Position numbers and translations under genes: made by a program. Source: Trichosphaerium sp. ATCC 40318 (taxonomy: Eukaryota; Protista; Tubulinea). Taken from it: a stretch of 64,000 nucleotides of DNA. Each line of letters begins with the position of its first letter. The stretch's first letter is position 1. The stretch lies in the NCBI GenBank assembly GCA_038496445.1, contig JALMLS010000631.1:145388-209387 (forward strand), in the 5' to 3' direction. Below the pieces are notes generated by a model, which saw only the letters and a program-made list of their open reading frames with translations, did no database searches and was not told the DNA's origin. Positions 23,550 through 36,909 of this stretch are shown here, in pieces.

Positions 23550-26500
23550 ATGAGTGCCTTGTACACCGACGACGATCCAGACTATAGGGATACTGTCATT
23601 GAGTTTGAACCGCCACCTATGCCTTATGGTGCCATTGATGAGTCCTCTAACGAAAATACGGCAAAGGATTATCGTTCCTCATGGAAATCATCGTTTGTTT
23701 CCAGCAGCGGTGGCTCAATAGGTAAACGTATCATGGTACGCACTTGAAACGGTCTTTATTTCGTTGGTACTGTTTGTTTATTTTCACTAAGGAACAAAGC
23801 GGTTGGGCGCAAGGTGCAGGGTTAGGAAGAGACGGTCAAGGTCGTATAGAGGCGCTAGACCCGAGTAAGTAAAAAATCATAATTAACACTGCGCTTGTGC
23901 GCCTTAAAAACGCAAAAACCGCATTCACACGGTCCCTAATCAGTTAATAGCACCAAAACTTGGCAGAGGCGGTTTAGGTTTCAAAGATGACGCCCCAGCC
24001 ATTGAAGCCAAAACTCATTCTATTGATATAAACAAGGTACAGCTTTCAATTGATTCATAAGTAGAATTTGTTTACATTAAATAAATATTTTTGCTTACGG
24101 GTTTGTTTAGACAGTTCCTATCCGCCAGGATCCAAAATTTATAATCTCAAACCATACTCATGAGTATGAACCTGACTTGGTTTATAACCAAGTTGATAAT
24201 TGGGTTGTACCAGTACGTATCTGTTGTGTTAAAGCAAAAGTTCGTTAGCATTTGACATCTGTCGACAGACGTCGAGATTTGGATTCATTTAAGCTTTGCT
24301 CGTCTTACAACTTTGGTTTAGAAAGAGGAAACAGATTACAATCTGTTTTGTGAAAAGGATCGTGTTGATAGAATGTTTGCTGCTAAAACTCGATTTGATA
24401 ATGTACCAAAAGATAAATTTCTATCAGCCCGTCGAAGATCAAATCCTTATGAAAAAATTGGAAGACACTTTTTTCAAAACAGAGCAGCCTTGAAAATGGC
24501 GAATATGGATCGTATGTTCGATTTGACAAAGCCACCAGAGGGTGTACGTAACTTATACATAAAAGTCCTTCGAAATCGCTAAACATTGATTGTTCAAAAC
24601 AATGAGTTTACTTGGTCAATGTTTATTGTTCTTCTTTGTTTATTGCTTACACGCTGTTGTTAGGATTCTGAATTATATTTTGCTGATGTTTGTGCTGGAC
24701 CTGGAGGATTTACAGAGTATATGATGTGGCGTTGTAAAACAGCATAGTACGTAGATTTTATCTGTTTATAGTTCATAGCAAATCAGCGTAGTTTTTATTT
24801 GTGTCGTTTTGTTGTTTTCTAACTGTAATAGTGGCTGGGGTTTCACCTTAAAAGGGAGAGATGACTGGCGTCTAGATAAATTCAATCCTGGAGCGCCTAA
24901 GGAGAACTTTCGTACTAACTATGGTGAAGACGGAACAGGTGTGCACAGGATTGTTTTAAAAAATGCGCATAATTTATTCTGTTTTTCCTAGGTAACATTA
25001 TGAAGACTGAGAACATTCAGCATTTTGCAGCAAAGATAGCAAGGGAGACATATGATAGAGGATTACATTTGTGCACAGCTGATGGGGTACACTGAGCTAG
25101 CAAAACAAAAAGCAAAACTCTTGTAGTTTTTAGGTTTTTTGAGGTTTTGTTTATTTACACTCTTAATAGGGCTTCAGTGTTAAGGGCGAGGAGAATCTCC
25201 AAGAAATTAAGGTCCGGCAGTTGGTGTTGTGTCAGTTTATTATGGGATTGGCTGTTCTAGGGAAAGGTGAGAGGTTTGACGATATCTGCGTACTCACCGT
25301 TTTTTTTTGTTTAGGTGGAAATTTTATGTGTAAGATATTTGATTGTTTCACACCATTCACAGTTGGTCTATTGTATATTCTATACAGGCATTTTGATAAA
25401 TTTTGCCTAATTAAACCATATACAAGTCGTCCAGCAAACTCTGAGCGGTAAGTGTGCGAAAACTGAAGCTATGATCTTTGGTTTTCTAACTCTTTCTTCC
25501 CTTTGCTCTCTTCATCTTCTCTTCTTTGTCTTATACTTGTATTTAGTTACGTTGTATGTATGGGATTAAAAGAACAAAACCCACCTGTATTGCAGTACCT
25601 ATATGCTCTCAATGATAAGCTCAATGATACATTGCTACCTGACGATAAAGATATTATTTACTCTGTTTCAATGGATATCTTAAATGCTGATAGAGCTTTC
25701 TTGCAGTATGTTCGTAATTCAAACATAAAGTACGTTGCCTGTTTTACCCTTGAATCTTTCCTTTTTTTTTTATGACGTGTTCGTGTAATACAATTGTCTG
25801 ATGTAGTTTAGGATAATCACAGAGCAAATAGAAGGCTTAGAAACCCTCATGAAGTATATTGAAGATGAGAATCTTTTATCAGTTGATCAGAATAGAATCA
25901 AAGATGAATGTCTTGAAGAATGGGGTGTTCAAGAACACCTAAATCCGTACAAGGTTCGTTTATTTTTTTTATTTGATATTTTTTTGTTCCCTCACTCTTT
26001 TTTCCTTGAGTTGCGCACATGATTTCAAATTACTGATTTATTTAATAGCATGTGAACAAGACGTACATGTCTAATAGACAAAGCTACGATACAAGGCCTT
26101 TGACGTATAACCACAGACAATCAAGGCGCGGAAGGGATAGATTCAGAGATGATTATTCTCGTGGTCGACGAGATGACTATGGTCGTAGAGACTATCGTGA
26201 TGACCGTGATAGAGGCGGAGGCCGTAATGATTACAGAGACCGTGATTATCATAGTAACAACCGCTACCGCGATCGCGATCGTGACGGTTATCGTGATGAT
26301 TATAATAGACGAGATAACTACGGCTATGACGCTCCACAATATGGTGATCATGATGCGTATAACCAAGCTGAACGTGAGGGAGCAGCGCGGTTGAGAAGGA
26401 TGTATGGAGGACCTGATCAAGGTACGTGGAAGGAAAAGAGTTTATTTTCTTTGAGGTTGATGACTTGTACTGACTTCCTCTGTTCAAGATGATGAACCTG

Positions 26501-27338
26501 CACAGAAACCTCAAACTGCAGTTGACTTACGTAAAAAGCATACTCAGAGTATTTATGCTAGATTGGATGCTAATAAGAAGAAGAGGAAACCTAGTAGACC
26601 TAAGCATTCAGCTAAGGTTGAGGAGTCTTCAGAACCTATTGGTAATAAGCTTGCGGCAAACGAAGATGATGAGGTTCGTGGTTTTTTTTTTTTCTTCATT
26701 TTGTTCTTTTTTTTTTTTAGCTTACTGGTGTTGTTTAGACTGCATCTCTCATGGCAGAGTTTTTAAAGCCTTCTGGTAGTGAGAAGACTTATACTCCTGT
26801 ATCAAAATCTAGTGAGCAACAAAAGTTGGAGACGCTGCAGAGATACAATCAAATCAAAGAATCCAAATTGAAAAAGCAGGTTAGTGGTGTCAACAAATCT
26901 TTCAATTTTTTTTTGGGGAAGTTTGTACGTTTGTGTTGTGGTTAATGGTGTTTGTTTTAGGTAAATTCGAAGTCTAATATTACTGTGAGGAATCCTATGC
27001 AAAGTATATTGGGTAGAATGGGCGGACCAGTGTCAGCACGTGGTACCAAGAGACCACCACCGTAAGTACTTTTTTTTCTATTCACCTTGTATCTTCGGCT
27101 TTTTTTCATAAAGAAAAATATTGGATTGGTCTTGCGAGCGCGATAGCTGCTCTCTAGTCAAAAATTAATTAATATTATTATGTTTACTTACTTTATGTGC
27201 AGGGCAAAGGAGGAAAATTCAAAACCGAAGAATCTGCACATAAACAGACCTGCTAAGAAGAGAAAAGTTGATCCTAATGCTTTTCAACTTACACCTGATA
27301 AACTGGCTGCTATTGCTAAATATAAAACAAAAAAGTAG
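23550..27338 (+). CDS. CMTR1: Cap-specific mRNA (nucleoside-2'-O-)-methyltransferase 1 (G-patch + FtsJ-like)
   Basis: G-patch ([19 protein letters not shown]), [89 protein letters not shown]. Arg/Asp-rich tail. Confidence 0.92.
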
Positions 27339-27843
27339 TGTCCAAACTCTGTTCTCACCTTGTACAATAAAAATTGAGTAGAGTAACTACTTTGCTTTCG
27401 TTATTAATATTTCGAATGAAGAATCTCTAAAACAGAGTCTAAGAGTCTGGGCCAATTATTAGTGTTAAATAAACTCACTCTTGATATTTTCTGGTTGACT
27501 TCGCTGGAACATCTTCGTTTTCAAGTCAACAAAATAAACTACAATACAAGTTTTTTTATTTTCTCTTTTGTCGCACTACAACGATTTTTTAGAGTTTTTT
27601 GTACATTGATTGTCGTATATGACCTTGTCATATTCGTCATTCGTCATCATTCAGATAACGAAGTACTTAATCCCTATGTATATAAGTTAGTTAATAAATT
27701 AGATTTCTCCTTACCTTGTACTATTTACAACGTCTTATAACCGTAGCTAAGTTATACGACATGATTACGTAGTTACGCCTGTACGTTAATCTGGTTTTTA
27801 ATAAATAAGATTTTACTGAGACAGTGTTCGTCTTTGAAGGTTG

Positions 27844-28531
27844 TCACAATAGCTTGCATGGGTTTATTTTTTTTCCTCTTCTTTTCTTCTTCTTTTTCAC
27901 TGGTTTATTACTCTGTCGTACTACCTCGCGTACTAATTCGACAAAGCATTCTTTCACGTTTTTTCCTGTTTGGGCGGATGTTTCAAAGAAGGAGGCAGAA
28001 ATACTTGATGCAAAAGATGATCCTCTCTGTGTCGAAACTTCTCTATCATTACAATCGCACTTGTTTCCAGCAACGACTATAGGAACATCTGATGTATCGC
28101 ATACGCGTTTGATATTGTCATGGCATTCTTCGAGATTTTTGAACGATAAGTCACAAAGGATCGAGTACACAAGCAAAAATCCTTTCGCGCTTCGAGTGTA
28201 CTAAAACAACATTAGAACACGATTTTTGTTCGAACAAAAAAAATCCGTACGATGTCACACAGAGCACTGAATTCTTCTTGCCCTGCCGTATCTAGAATGT
28301 CAACGAGGTATTCATTGCCATCAACGCATATTTGCTTTCTGTATGAGTCTTCTATTGTTGGATCTAAGGCGGACATGAGTCAAAGAAACAAACAGAAAAA
28401 TTTGTTCGAACATAAAACATCTTTGACGTACCGTAGGTAATTATAAATTGGTTGGTAATAAACCTTATCGTTAAAGCTGTCTTTCCAGAGCCACCAGAAC
28501 CAAAAAGTACAATAGGAATATTTGTAGCCAT
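27844..28531 (-). CDS. Ras/Rap-family small GTPase with polybasic region and CaaX box
   Basis: [51 protein letters not shown]. Confidence 0.95.
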
Positions 28532-29329
28532 GCTTTGATCTTGGTGTTGTTTGTAAAAAATGATTAAATTAGGAACTGTACCTTAATGACTTAACCCACC
28601 TTCTTCATAGAACACCCGACGACAATATTTAAAACTATCACTGGGATGCTCGCCTGATAAGAGATAAACGAAAGTACATTCCAGCAACACAATTATTTTT
28701 CGCTAACTCAAAAACTATCTTGAAATACTATCCTCTCCAATGATTTAGTATCTAATATCACCATACGCCCTCATTCGAACTGTTCGAAAGGGTCAAAATA
28801 TCGGAGAAACTGGGACAATCGCGTTTGATAACTAATAATGACCACAACAAGACAAACGACGCCGAAAAAACAGCCTGAGACTAAAATTTGTATCACGTGT
28901 TCGAAATCATAAAAAAAATCAATTCAATCAGCGTATTACGCTTTTTGCGCGTCAAGAAACTCCACAGTGACCAAATATTATTTCGAACAAAGTTCGAACA
29001 TACCAAAAAACCACGAAAAGATGGTACTGGAGGTACTTGCAAGAGTCACAGAATTGCGCGCTTGCTTGTAGTTGCCTAATACAACCGCGCGTTCGCAACA
29101 AAAGAGAGAAATTTTGACTAGAAGCAGTTATATTTATAAATGAGGTGTATGTAATAACAGCAATATGAACGTTACACAAAAAATAATAAAAAATAGAAGA
29201 ATCAAATTGGCCTATACGTTCTCCTGAGGTATTAAAGAACGAAGATTTTTCTTTAAACTTACAGAACAAGCCATACCTAAAGAAATCAGTACAAGAACTA
29301 CTCAATCTTGCAGAAAAAAAAAATAGAAA

Positions 29330-32300
29330 AAAGTAAGAAATATGTGGCGTGACCTACCAACTTGGCTGGCACAATATTCGTGGTATGCCTCACCACTTGG
29401 GAAAATAACAAGCTAAAACCATAAGTGTAAGTCATAAGGGATAGTGTAAAAGGATGTTACGTACACGTGTGTTTGCTGCTCTAGCGTCCTTTAGAGGTAT
29501 TTTACATATTGGACAACCACCTGGTTGTATTTGTGCTATCAAATGAAGTCAATTTCTACTCTTGAGCTTTTAATACTACGTACAGACTACACCCCAATGA
29601 CAATTTGCTTCCTCAAAGTATCGAGGTAACGGTTGATACTCAAAATTAAGCATTGCACTATTTTATTGGGTAAATGCAAGTGAGACGGTTGACATGATTT
29701 CTTTGTTTTGTTTGTGTACCTTGAAGAACCAATTGACTCTTTACCCATCTCACTATTCCAAACGAATGGTAATTCTATCTTAGAACCAGCAAGCTCAGTA
29801 TCATGAACAGTCCTGTAAATATCGTTAGACCAATCGTTACATCAAAAAGGTAAATGTACATACCTTATTTGTGGTCCCATTGCCGGCGGTCTTTGACTCC
29901 ATAGATAGCTATCCATTATTTCAAGGGTATCGTGTACTAATTCGGTTTGTGCAAGCTCTTTTTGCCCCGCAACTAAGAGTTTCTTATACACTGAAGGAGG
30001 TATTTCTTGATTGTGCTAATAATTATTGTAAATAGGTTTTTACTCATGCTGCTAAAGAGGGTTACCTTGTCTAGATTTTGAGCAAACTTTGTTGTTTTAA
30101 GTAAGCTCAGTAGTATAGCTGTAGTATGCTTTGGGCCAACTGCCTCGGTCATCATATCAATAACACTACAAAGTCATGAATAAAGATTAAAAAGATGGTG
30201 TAATTTTGTTGTTCCTAGCACTCTTCTATATCTCTTTGCATGTCACGTACATTGTAATTGTAATCTCTATTACACACCCTTCATTCTTTTCATACATTTC
30301 ATTGATTTCTGTTAAAGTATATCGCCAGAAGCTAACAGAGGAAGTGTTCGAATTATCACGCTAAAGAAATTTTGTCATTATCCACCAAGCTAGTAAATCA
30401 CGTGCCATAACAAGATTGAATCCCTTTAAATTATCTAAATAAACAGCTATTTTTAGAGCTTCTTTGATTTCACCACTTTTAAGCTGCAACATGAATAACC
30501 CACTAATTTAGGGTTAGAAAAAAATAGGGAATAAAAACATAAGATGATTGTAGGCAGTTACCTAAAAAATCCGGCGTCTTTGCACAGTTCTTTTACGTGT
30601 TCATGATTGAACCAATACCTTGTTGGGTTTTCTATTATACGCATCATGTCCTAAGAACAAAACAGTCAACCAAAAGTAAGATGCAACTGCAGGGTTTTAC
30701 CTTTTTGTATTTCCACTCTGATTTATGAGAATGTATTTTTGGATCTCCGTTACTGTCACAAACGTTGTTTTTTGCAGGACAGCCGTGTGTTAAGCATAGG
30801 CTCATTAATTTTTCAACAAGATTTTTATCTTTTCGGCACTTGGAGTGCTCCTTAAACAATAGCATCAGGTAGTTCCTAAACGCTCATTTAGCTTTTCGAA
30901 AATTAAACAAAAAGCACTTGTACGTACAGTTGTACTTCTGGTAGGTCACTACCAAGTGCGTCGTTAAAGTTCCAAGGTTGTACACCTGGGTATTGAGAAG
31001 CAGCAAATTGGGCAGTCTCAAGTGGACATGTATCCAGTAAACCACGAAGATGATTTACAAAAAGAATGATATAGCTTCTTGACTTGATCTAGATAGAATT
31101 GTTTGAGCATGTATTTAAACGATAGACTAAAGTCAAAAAAAACTATAACTTGAAGCGATGAAACGTAAGGTAGTAACGCACTTTGCTTAGAGCTGCTAAT
31201 CCATCTCCTTTTTCCAGCATTTCTAATACTCCATCTTCAATCTGACATTCAATTGATTCGACATTTGTTTCGCGTTCCTTTGTGAATCTAGCAAGACGTA
31301 TATCCTGAACGAACTTGATGCACCCTATGGTCTTGCTAAGGAATAACAGGCATATGTTTTGGATGAAAATAATTACCGTCAAGGCGTTGGCTGTTGGCAA
31401 TCTTGAAAATCTCTTCTTCTTGAAGAAAATCCTCATAATTCTCCAAGAAATCTAGGGCTTTAGAATCGCTCCAATCAGCTGTGTATGACGTATCCGCTAA
31501 TCAACATGTTAGAGTGCATTTAAAAACACGATAAAAATGACTCGTACATTCGTCAGGAGCCAAAATTTGTAAGTCAAAACATGCAGTAACTAATTCTCCA
31601 ATCATCAAAGCCTCTTCGCTCTGAGGAGCAATGACTGAATTGTAACGTTAATAATGAATACATGCTTAGACCACTTACTCTGTGTAAATTGAGCTAACCA
31701 CGTTCTTAGAGGAGGACCAAGTACTGCACGACGCCATTTGAGAGGTGTTTCTTTGCCCCGATTTTGATCTTGTTTCTTATACTTCCAGAGAATTTGGTAG
31801 GCAGCTTTTGCTGCATCATTAGATGGTGAGGTTGGTGGTTCTTCTTGTGTGAGTAATTCTTCTTCAATTACTGCTTCATCATCTGTTGGCATTACATCAT
31901 ATTCATCAGAACTTGATAGACTTGTATCTGTTGCTGATAGTGTAAAAGAATTCTCAGAGCGAAGTTTCATTACATTTTCTGTGAGTGTAAGTTAGATTAC
32001 AAGGCTACTGTTGGTTGTTTGTTATACCTCCAACTTCTGTTTTTGCTCTGTTTACAAGCGCTGAGAATTCATCTTTCATAGTTACCAACTAAACCAAAAA
32101 TGTCAATTCTGCGAGTAGGAAAACAGTCATTTGTTGGACGCTTACTTTGGCACCCAGACCTCCTGATAATCCACCAGAAAGGCTCGTTTTTAGAGAACTG
32201 AAAGAAGGGAAAAGAGAAGCTTCTAAAAGAGATTGGTGAGATTTTTGGACAGGATAAGAGGTACTTACTATTTGATCCTTCGTCTGTCTTTTCCGGATCA

Positions 32301-35000
32301 ACTGACTTTGCATCGCTGTCTCCTGACATAGGAGTACGAAGTTCCGAAGCAGGAGGAGAAAGACCTACAGTTTCGACTGGTGCTGGTGAGATACTTTGTA
32401 CGGGCTGAACTGGCTCTGGAGGGCTAATATCTTGAGGTGGAGTTGCTTCTGGTCGAGGAGCCGGATCTTCTTCTAAAGCTGATGGTGTGTCAGGTCTAAG
32501 GTGTTTTTAGCGAACGGGTTTTAATCAATTTCTGGGTTACCTTGGCGATGTTGAAGATCCTGCTTCAACTGAGTTATCAGCACTAAGATTTGGTTGATAC
32601 TGTGGTTTCGTATATTGAGATTTTAGCTTTGGTTTTGTAGGTGGAAGTTCATGGGTTTTCATAGATGAAGATGTGGAAGGAATGTTAACATTCTTTGAAG
32701 GAGCCTTAGAGTCACTAATAGATACGACACGCCTTTTTTTACGAGATCTTTTACTCCTCTTTGTAGTACTTGAACTGGACATCTTTTCGAAAATGTTAAC
32801 AATCACGTGAAATTTTTGCAATGGATTACCTTTGGTGAAGGGAATGCAGCTCCTTGAGTGATAGGTTTTATATCATAGTTATCAGTTCCACTTGGCGAAG
32901 AAGCAATTAAAGACGAGCTACTATCACGGCTCACACTAATAGCAGGTACTTCATCCTTTTTTGGTGTTAGTGCTGAGGGTTGAACTTGTTTGTAGTACTT
33001 CTGTAGTAAGTTCGTCAGTTACGCCTCCAGACGTATCACTTGGATTATCACTTACATTCGCTGGCGATGCAGGCTCTCTATTTTAAGGTAAATTACATGA
33101 CACGAAGAGTCAGGTATCGTACGATGTTGGTTTAGTAATTATTGGTTCAACAACCTTTTGTTCTATTGGTTGCGGTTGCGCTTCTATGGCAGATGTTTCT
33201 TGAGGAGGAGTATTTGGAGTTACTGTAATGACTTCATCTGCTTCTTTCCTAGCTTGTTGCTCTGCCTCTCTTTTAACTTTGTCCAAATAGGCCTATAACA
33301 GAGTGAGATTACAGCAAATAGTTAAGCACTGTACAGAATATTTGATTTTGAAAGTGCCATTCTCTGGGAATTTTTCATCATCTGGTTCAGCGTCTTCCAT
33401 ACGTGTAGCAACGTTTTCTAAGCGTTTGATATCTTTTTCTTCATCTTTTAACACAAGATGGAATATTGTTTTCCAATCACCAAGTTTTACAGCTCTTTGG
33501 AAGAACAAGTTATCATTAAAGTCAATTTGAGATATCTTAGAGTCTGCGCCTGAATTAAGAAATGTCAGTTAAATGCCTCTAGCACATACTCACCTGAACC
33601 CCCGTGAAGGATGTAAGCGCGTTTTCCGGTAATAGAGACAACCTTAAAGAGAGTTAAGTGACTTGTAAATAATACTTTCCTTACTTGGATATCTGTGAGA
33701 TCGTAGTGCCATTGAATTATTTCTTTGTTATCCACATCCACTACAAATATTGTTCTATCCGTCCATGATAATAAACAACTACCGAATTGTTTTATCATTG
33801 AAAAATTGACAGCTTTGCTTATAGGAGGCTTTAATCCTTGCCCATCTAGACAAAAACAAATTTGTCAATTGCAAGGTCTTTCTATGATATTTGTAATGTA
33901 AAGGCGTACCTCTAGATAGTAGAAATATTGGAGGTGTACTTTTTATGCTTTCTTTAAAATTAATAGTCTGCTTCACGGCTCCAGTTTCTCTGCACAACAT
34001 TTATCAACATTTTTGTTGCGAATTTAATTTAAGTTATGTGTACCTGTGCGCCCACCATAATCTACGACCTGGGCGTGCAGCTATAATAGCTTCTTCTCCT
34101 GTTTTTGATGTGTAATGACAACCACCATAAAGGCCATCTCTAGGTTTTTTACCTACCTTACAAATGTGTTAAGAATGGCTACAATATTTGATGCGAATAT
34201 ACCTGCATGGCTCCTTGCTTTGTGAAACTTATAGCAATCAGTTTTGTTAGAGATGAAACCAATAATTGGTTAAGCGTTGCACTGTAACTGAGCTCTACCA
34301 CGCGTCTAACAGGCAGGTAAGATAAATAGCCATTAAAAAAAATGGCAAAAAAACCCGCACGTGTTGCATTTAAACAGTAATTCGCTCTTGCCACTGAAGA
34401 ACGCTTTCAGGCGTAATCCAACAGGAGATAATGTAACCCTACCAAGCTCATCTCCAGAGAATAGCCTCATGTCGTCTAGACGCGTTAGAGATGCGTTAGG
34501 CTGAAAGACAAGAAGTAACACAAATTAGGGAATTTCTTACCACTAGTCCATACTATTTGCGTCACGGGAGCCTTGTGCTCACTTATTTTAAAGCGTACCT
34601 ACGATTTTGAGACGCTCTTAGAGGTACATTGAAATGTTTGCGTACTTTCGCCTTTTGTCTTGTTTTACCGATATTGTGCTCTACAATGTAAATATTGATG
34701 GGCTTTACGGTAACAACAGCTAAGAAGCGGTCATCTGGAGCGAATTTGACTTGTGTGATGTGCTGATCTCTAATGTCGCTGTTTGATACCAGTTGAAGGA
34801 ATGTCAGCGAAGTAGCTTCGAAAAAATACAAGGTTCCTTGTTACAGCGTTAAATAATGTTACAATGAACTGTTGAGTACCAGTATTTGTGCCACACACTA
34901 AGTACTGGCCAGAACAATCCAAACAAGTGTAATTGATTCTATTTGTGCCTAGATGAGAGTGTAGACTCTCAATGATACGGTGGTCAAGTACTGATGTCAT
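29330..35000 (-). CDS. HPS5/TECPR2-type protein: N-terminal WD40 propeller, low-complexity linker, helical C-terminus with a degenerate RING
   Basis: INYTCLDCSGQYLVCGTNTG, LFSGDELGRV, LLVSSLTK, VGKKPRDGLYGGC and AARPGRRLW resemble the HPS5/TECPR2 propeller. C-terminal CPICKIPL...VIFPSGEAYHEYC. 3' end approximate. Confidence 0.72.
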
Positions 35001-35232
35001 TATCAGCCTAGCTGCTTCCCATACATGTCACCCTAAAATTTGTATGAGGTTTCGACTGGAATTTCAATGAACTTGCGACGACACATTGTAATCAAGGCAT
35101 GACATGAGTGAATGTGGTGTCATGGTGTCACACCGTACCTGTAGCAGTTACGCGTCTGCCAAAATAATAGCGATTTACTATTATTGACTGCGCAAGAGAG
35201 CTTGAACTTACTAAGCTACCGTAACAGTCACC

Positions 35233-36658
35233 ATGCTTGCCGCTAGTCGATTTGTTAGAGCTTCTGGTGTAGTCAATGTCGCTAAAACCAAAGTGTATGT
35301 ACAAATCATTAGTTACCTCCCCTTAGTACTATTTTAGTGGTAAAACGCGAAAATACTGTACAACAGATGCTACTGAACAAAACGAAACAACATTGGTAGA
35401 AGACACTCTCCAGTTTCAAGAGCTCATGAAGGTAGCGTCTACAGTCAATTTTACGTATAAAAAATTAAATTTGTCCGTTCTAGAGCGAACCACTCGCAGG
35501 AGGAGCAGAGCACAACATTTGGATACGCGACTTGAGCAAATGGGAAAGACACCACCTGCGGTACGCAATTTCACCATTTTACGTTGCGTAATGATCTGTC
35601 TTACAATAAATAAGTGGTATTGGTGGCCCTGGTAAAGTAAAAACAGCATTGAACTTCCTTGGGTACAAAAACATGAAGCACTTTTGTTCAATTTATTAAT
35701 TGTCAACGTACAGTAACGAACTGGGAGCAAAAAATGTCATCAGATCAGACACAGCATTTGCCGAAGACGCAGCTTATGCCTTTCATAGCCTAGCAGATAG
35801 GTACAGATAGTTTTATCATCATTAACAAATGCAACACATTAAAACTGGTTGTTCAGGTTTGGCGAGCATGATATTGATGCTATGCTACCTCAATTGGGAC
35901 CTTGGCAACAAATAAATCTAGAGCGCTGGCAACAGCATTGCAAAGAGAATAACTTGACATGGTACGATTTTTTTAGCTCTAGCTTGTCATTCTAACTCAA
36001 TTTCAGGGAATATAAACTTGATGAAGTAAAGCGTAAACGTACTACAGGTGTACGTGTATACTACGATTATTCCTCTCTGTTATATAGATTTATTACGTTC
36101 ATATGTATTGGTGTATAATTTTATTTTAGGTTGGCTTGTTTTTAGAACCTGATGATGACGTACAGAACTTTTTATCACCTAAAAAATTAAAGGCAGATGG
36201 AAAATTATACAAAGCTCAAGATGGCATTGTGTCAACAAATTTTTCATTTGAAGGAGCTAGACCATCTACTACTGATGCCATGTATAAGATTAACGTTGCT
36301 GCATATGTAGCATTTGAAGTCAAGTGCGCACAAAACAAAAAGTTGATTTTTTTCTCTTCATATTTATTAAATGTCTTTTCTCGTGTTGATCTCTTTTGTG
36401 CTTACAATGTATTTGCTTAGAGAGGAGTTTAAAATTATTGATAATAACACAAAGAAAGCAATTTATACAGCACCTTCAGAATTACATGAACACTGCTGGA
36501 AGTTTGTTGCAGAGAATGCACATGAAGATTTCCGTTGGAAAGTTTTTGATATTAATTTTAATGTCATGTCACGTATGCTCAGCATTGTTAATACTAAGAA
36601 TGTAACAGTTGGTCCAAGTACAAAGCCATTTGTTCGCTGGGTTAACGAACTAATGTAA
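35233..36658 (+). CDS. Mitochondrial Tim44-like domain protein
   Basis: Presequence-like MLAASRFVRASG; F.EDA..AF..L...F...D...+, V.FEVKEEF.I.D....I and HCWKF......WKV.DIN patterns of the Tim44/Mba1 fold. Confidence 0.6.
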
Positions 36659-36909
36659 TACCAACAGCAAAGCTCAATAAAATATAATAGTAACACGACT
36701 TAATGCACTGTTGACAACATGTTCGTTGTGTAGGTTTTGAAGTTGTCAGGTTCTGTGAATACAGTTTGCTGATATTAGTTGACCCAGACATTGCTGGGTC
36801 GTTTATAGGCTTTAACACTACATATCTCGCCAGGTACTTGAGCTGAATAGTGTGTATTGTAGAATTTATCTCAATAACGTAATGATTGTGCTGTATCGCC
36901 GTCATTCGC

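Noticed and set aside
26121-26514. Ile/Val-rich and His/Asp-rich ORFs in alternative frames and strands
   Set aside because: Shadows of the RD-repeat exon of CMTR1.
27844-28531. Ras GTPase as a constitutively active variant
   Set aside because: The G12, G13 and Q61 equivalents are intact. The V14S- and SAK-to-SAQ-type changes are within the variation expected in expanded protist Ras families.
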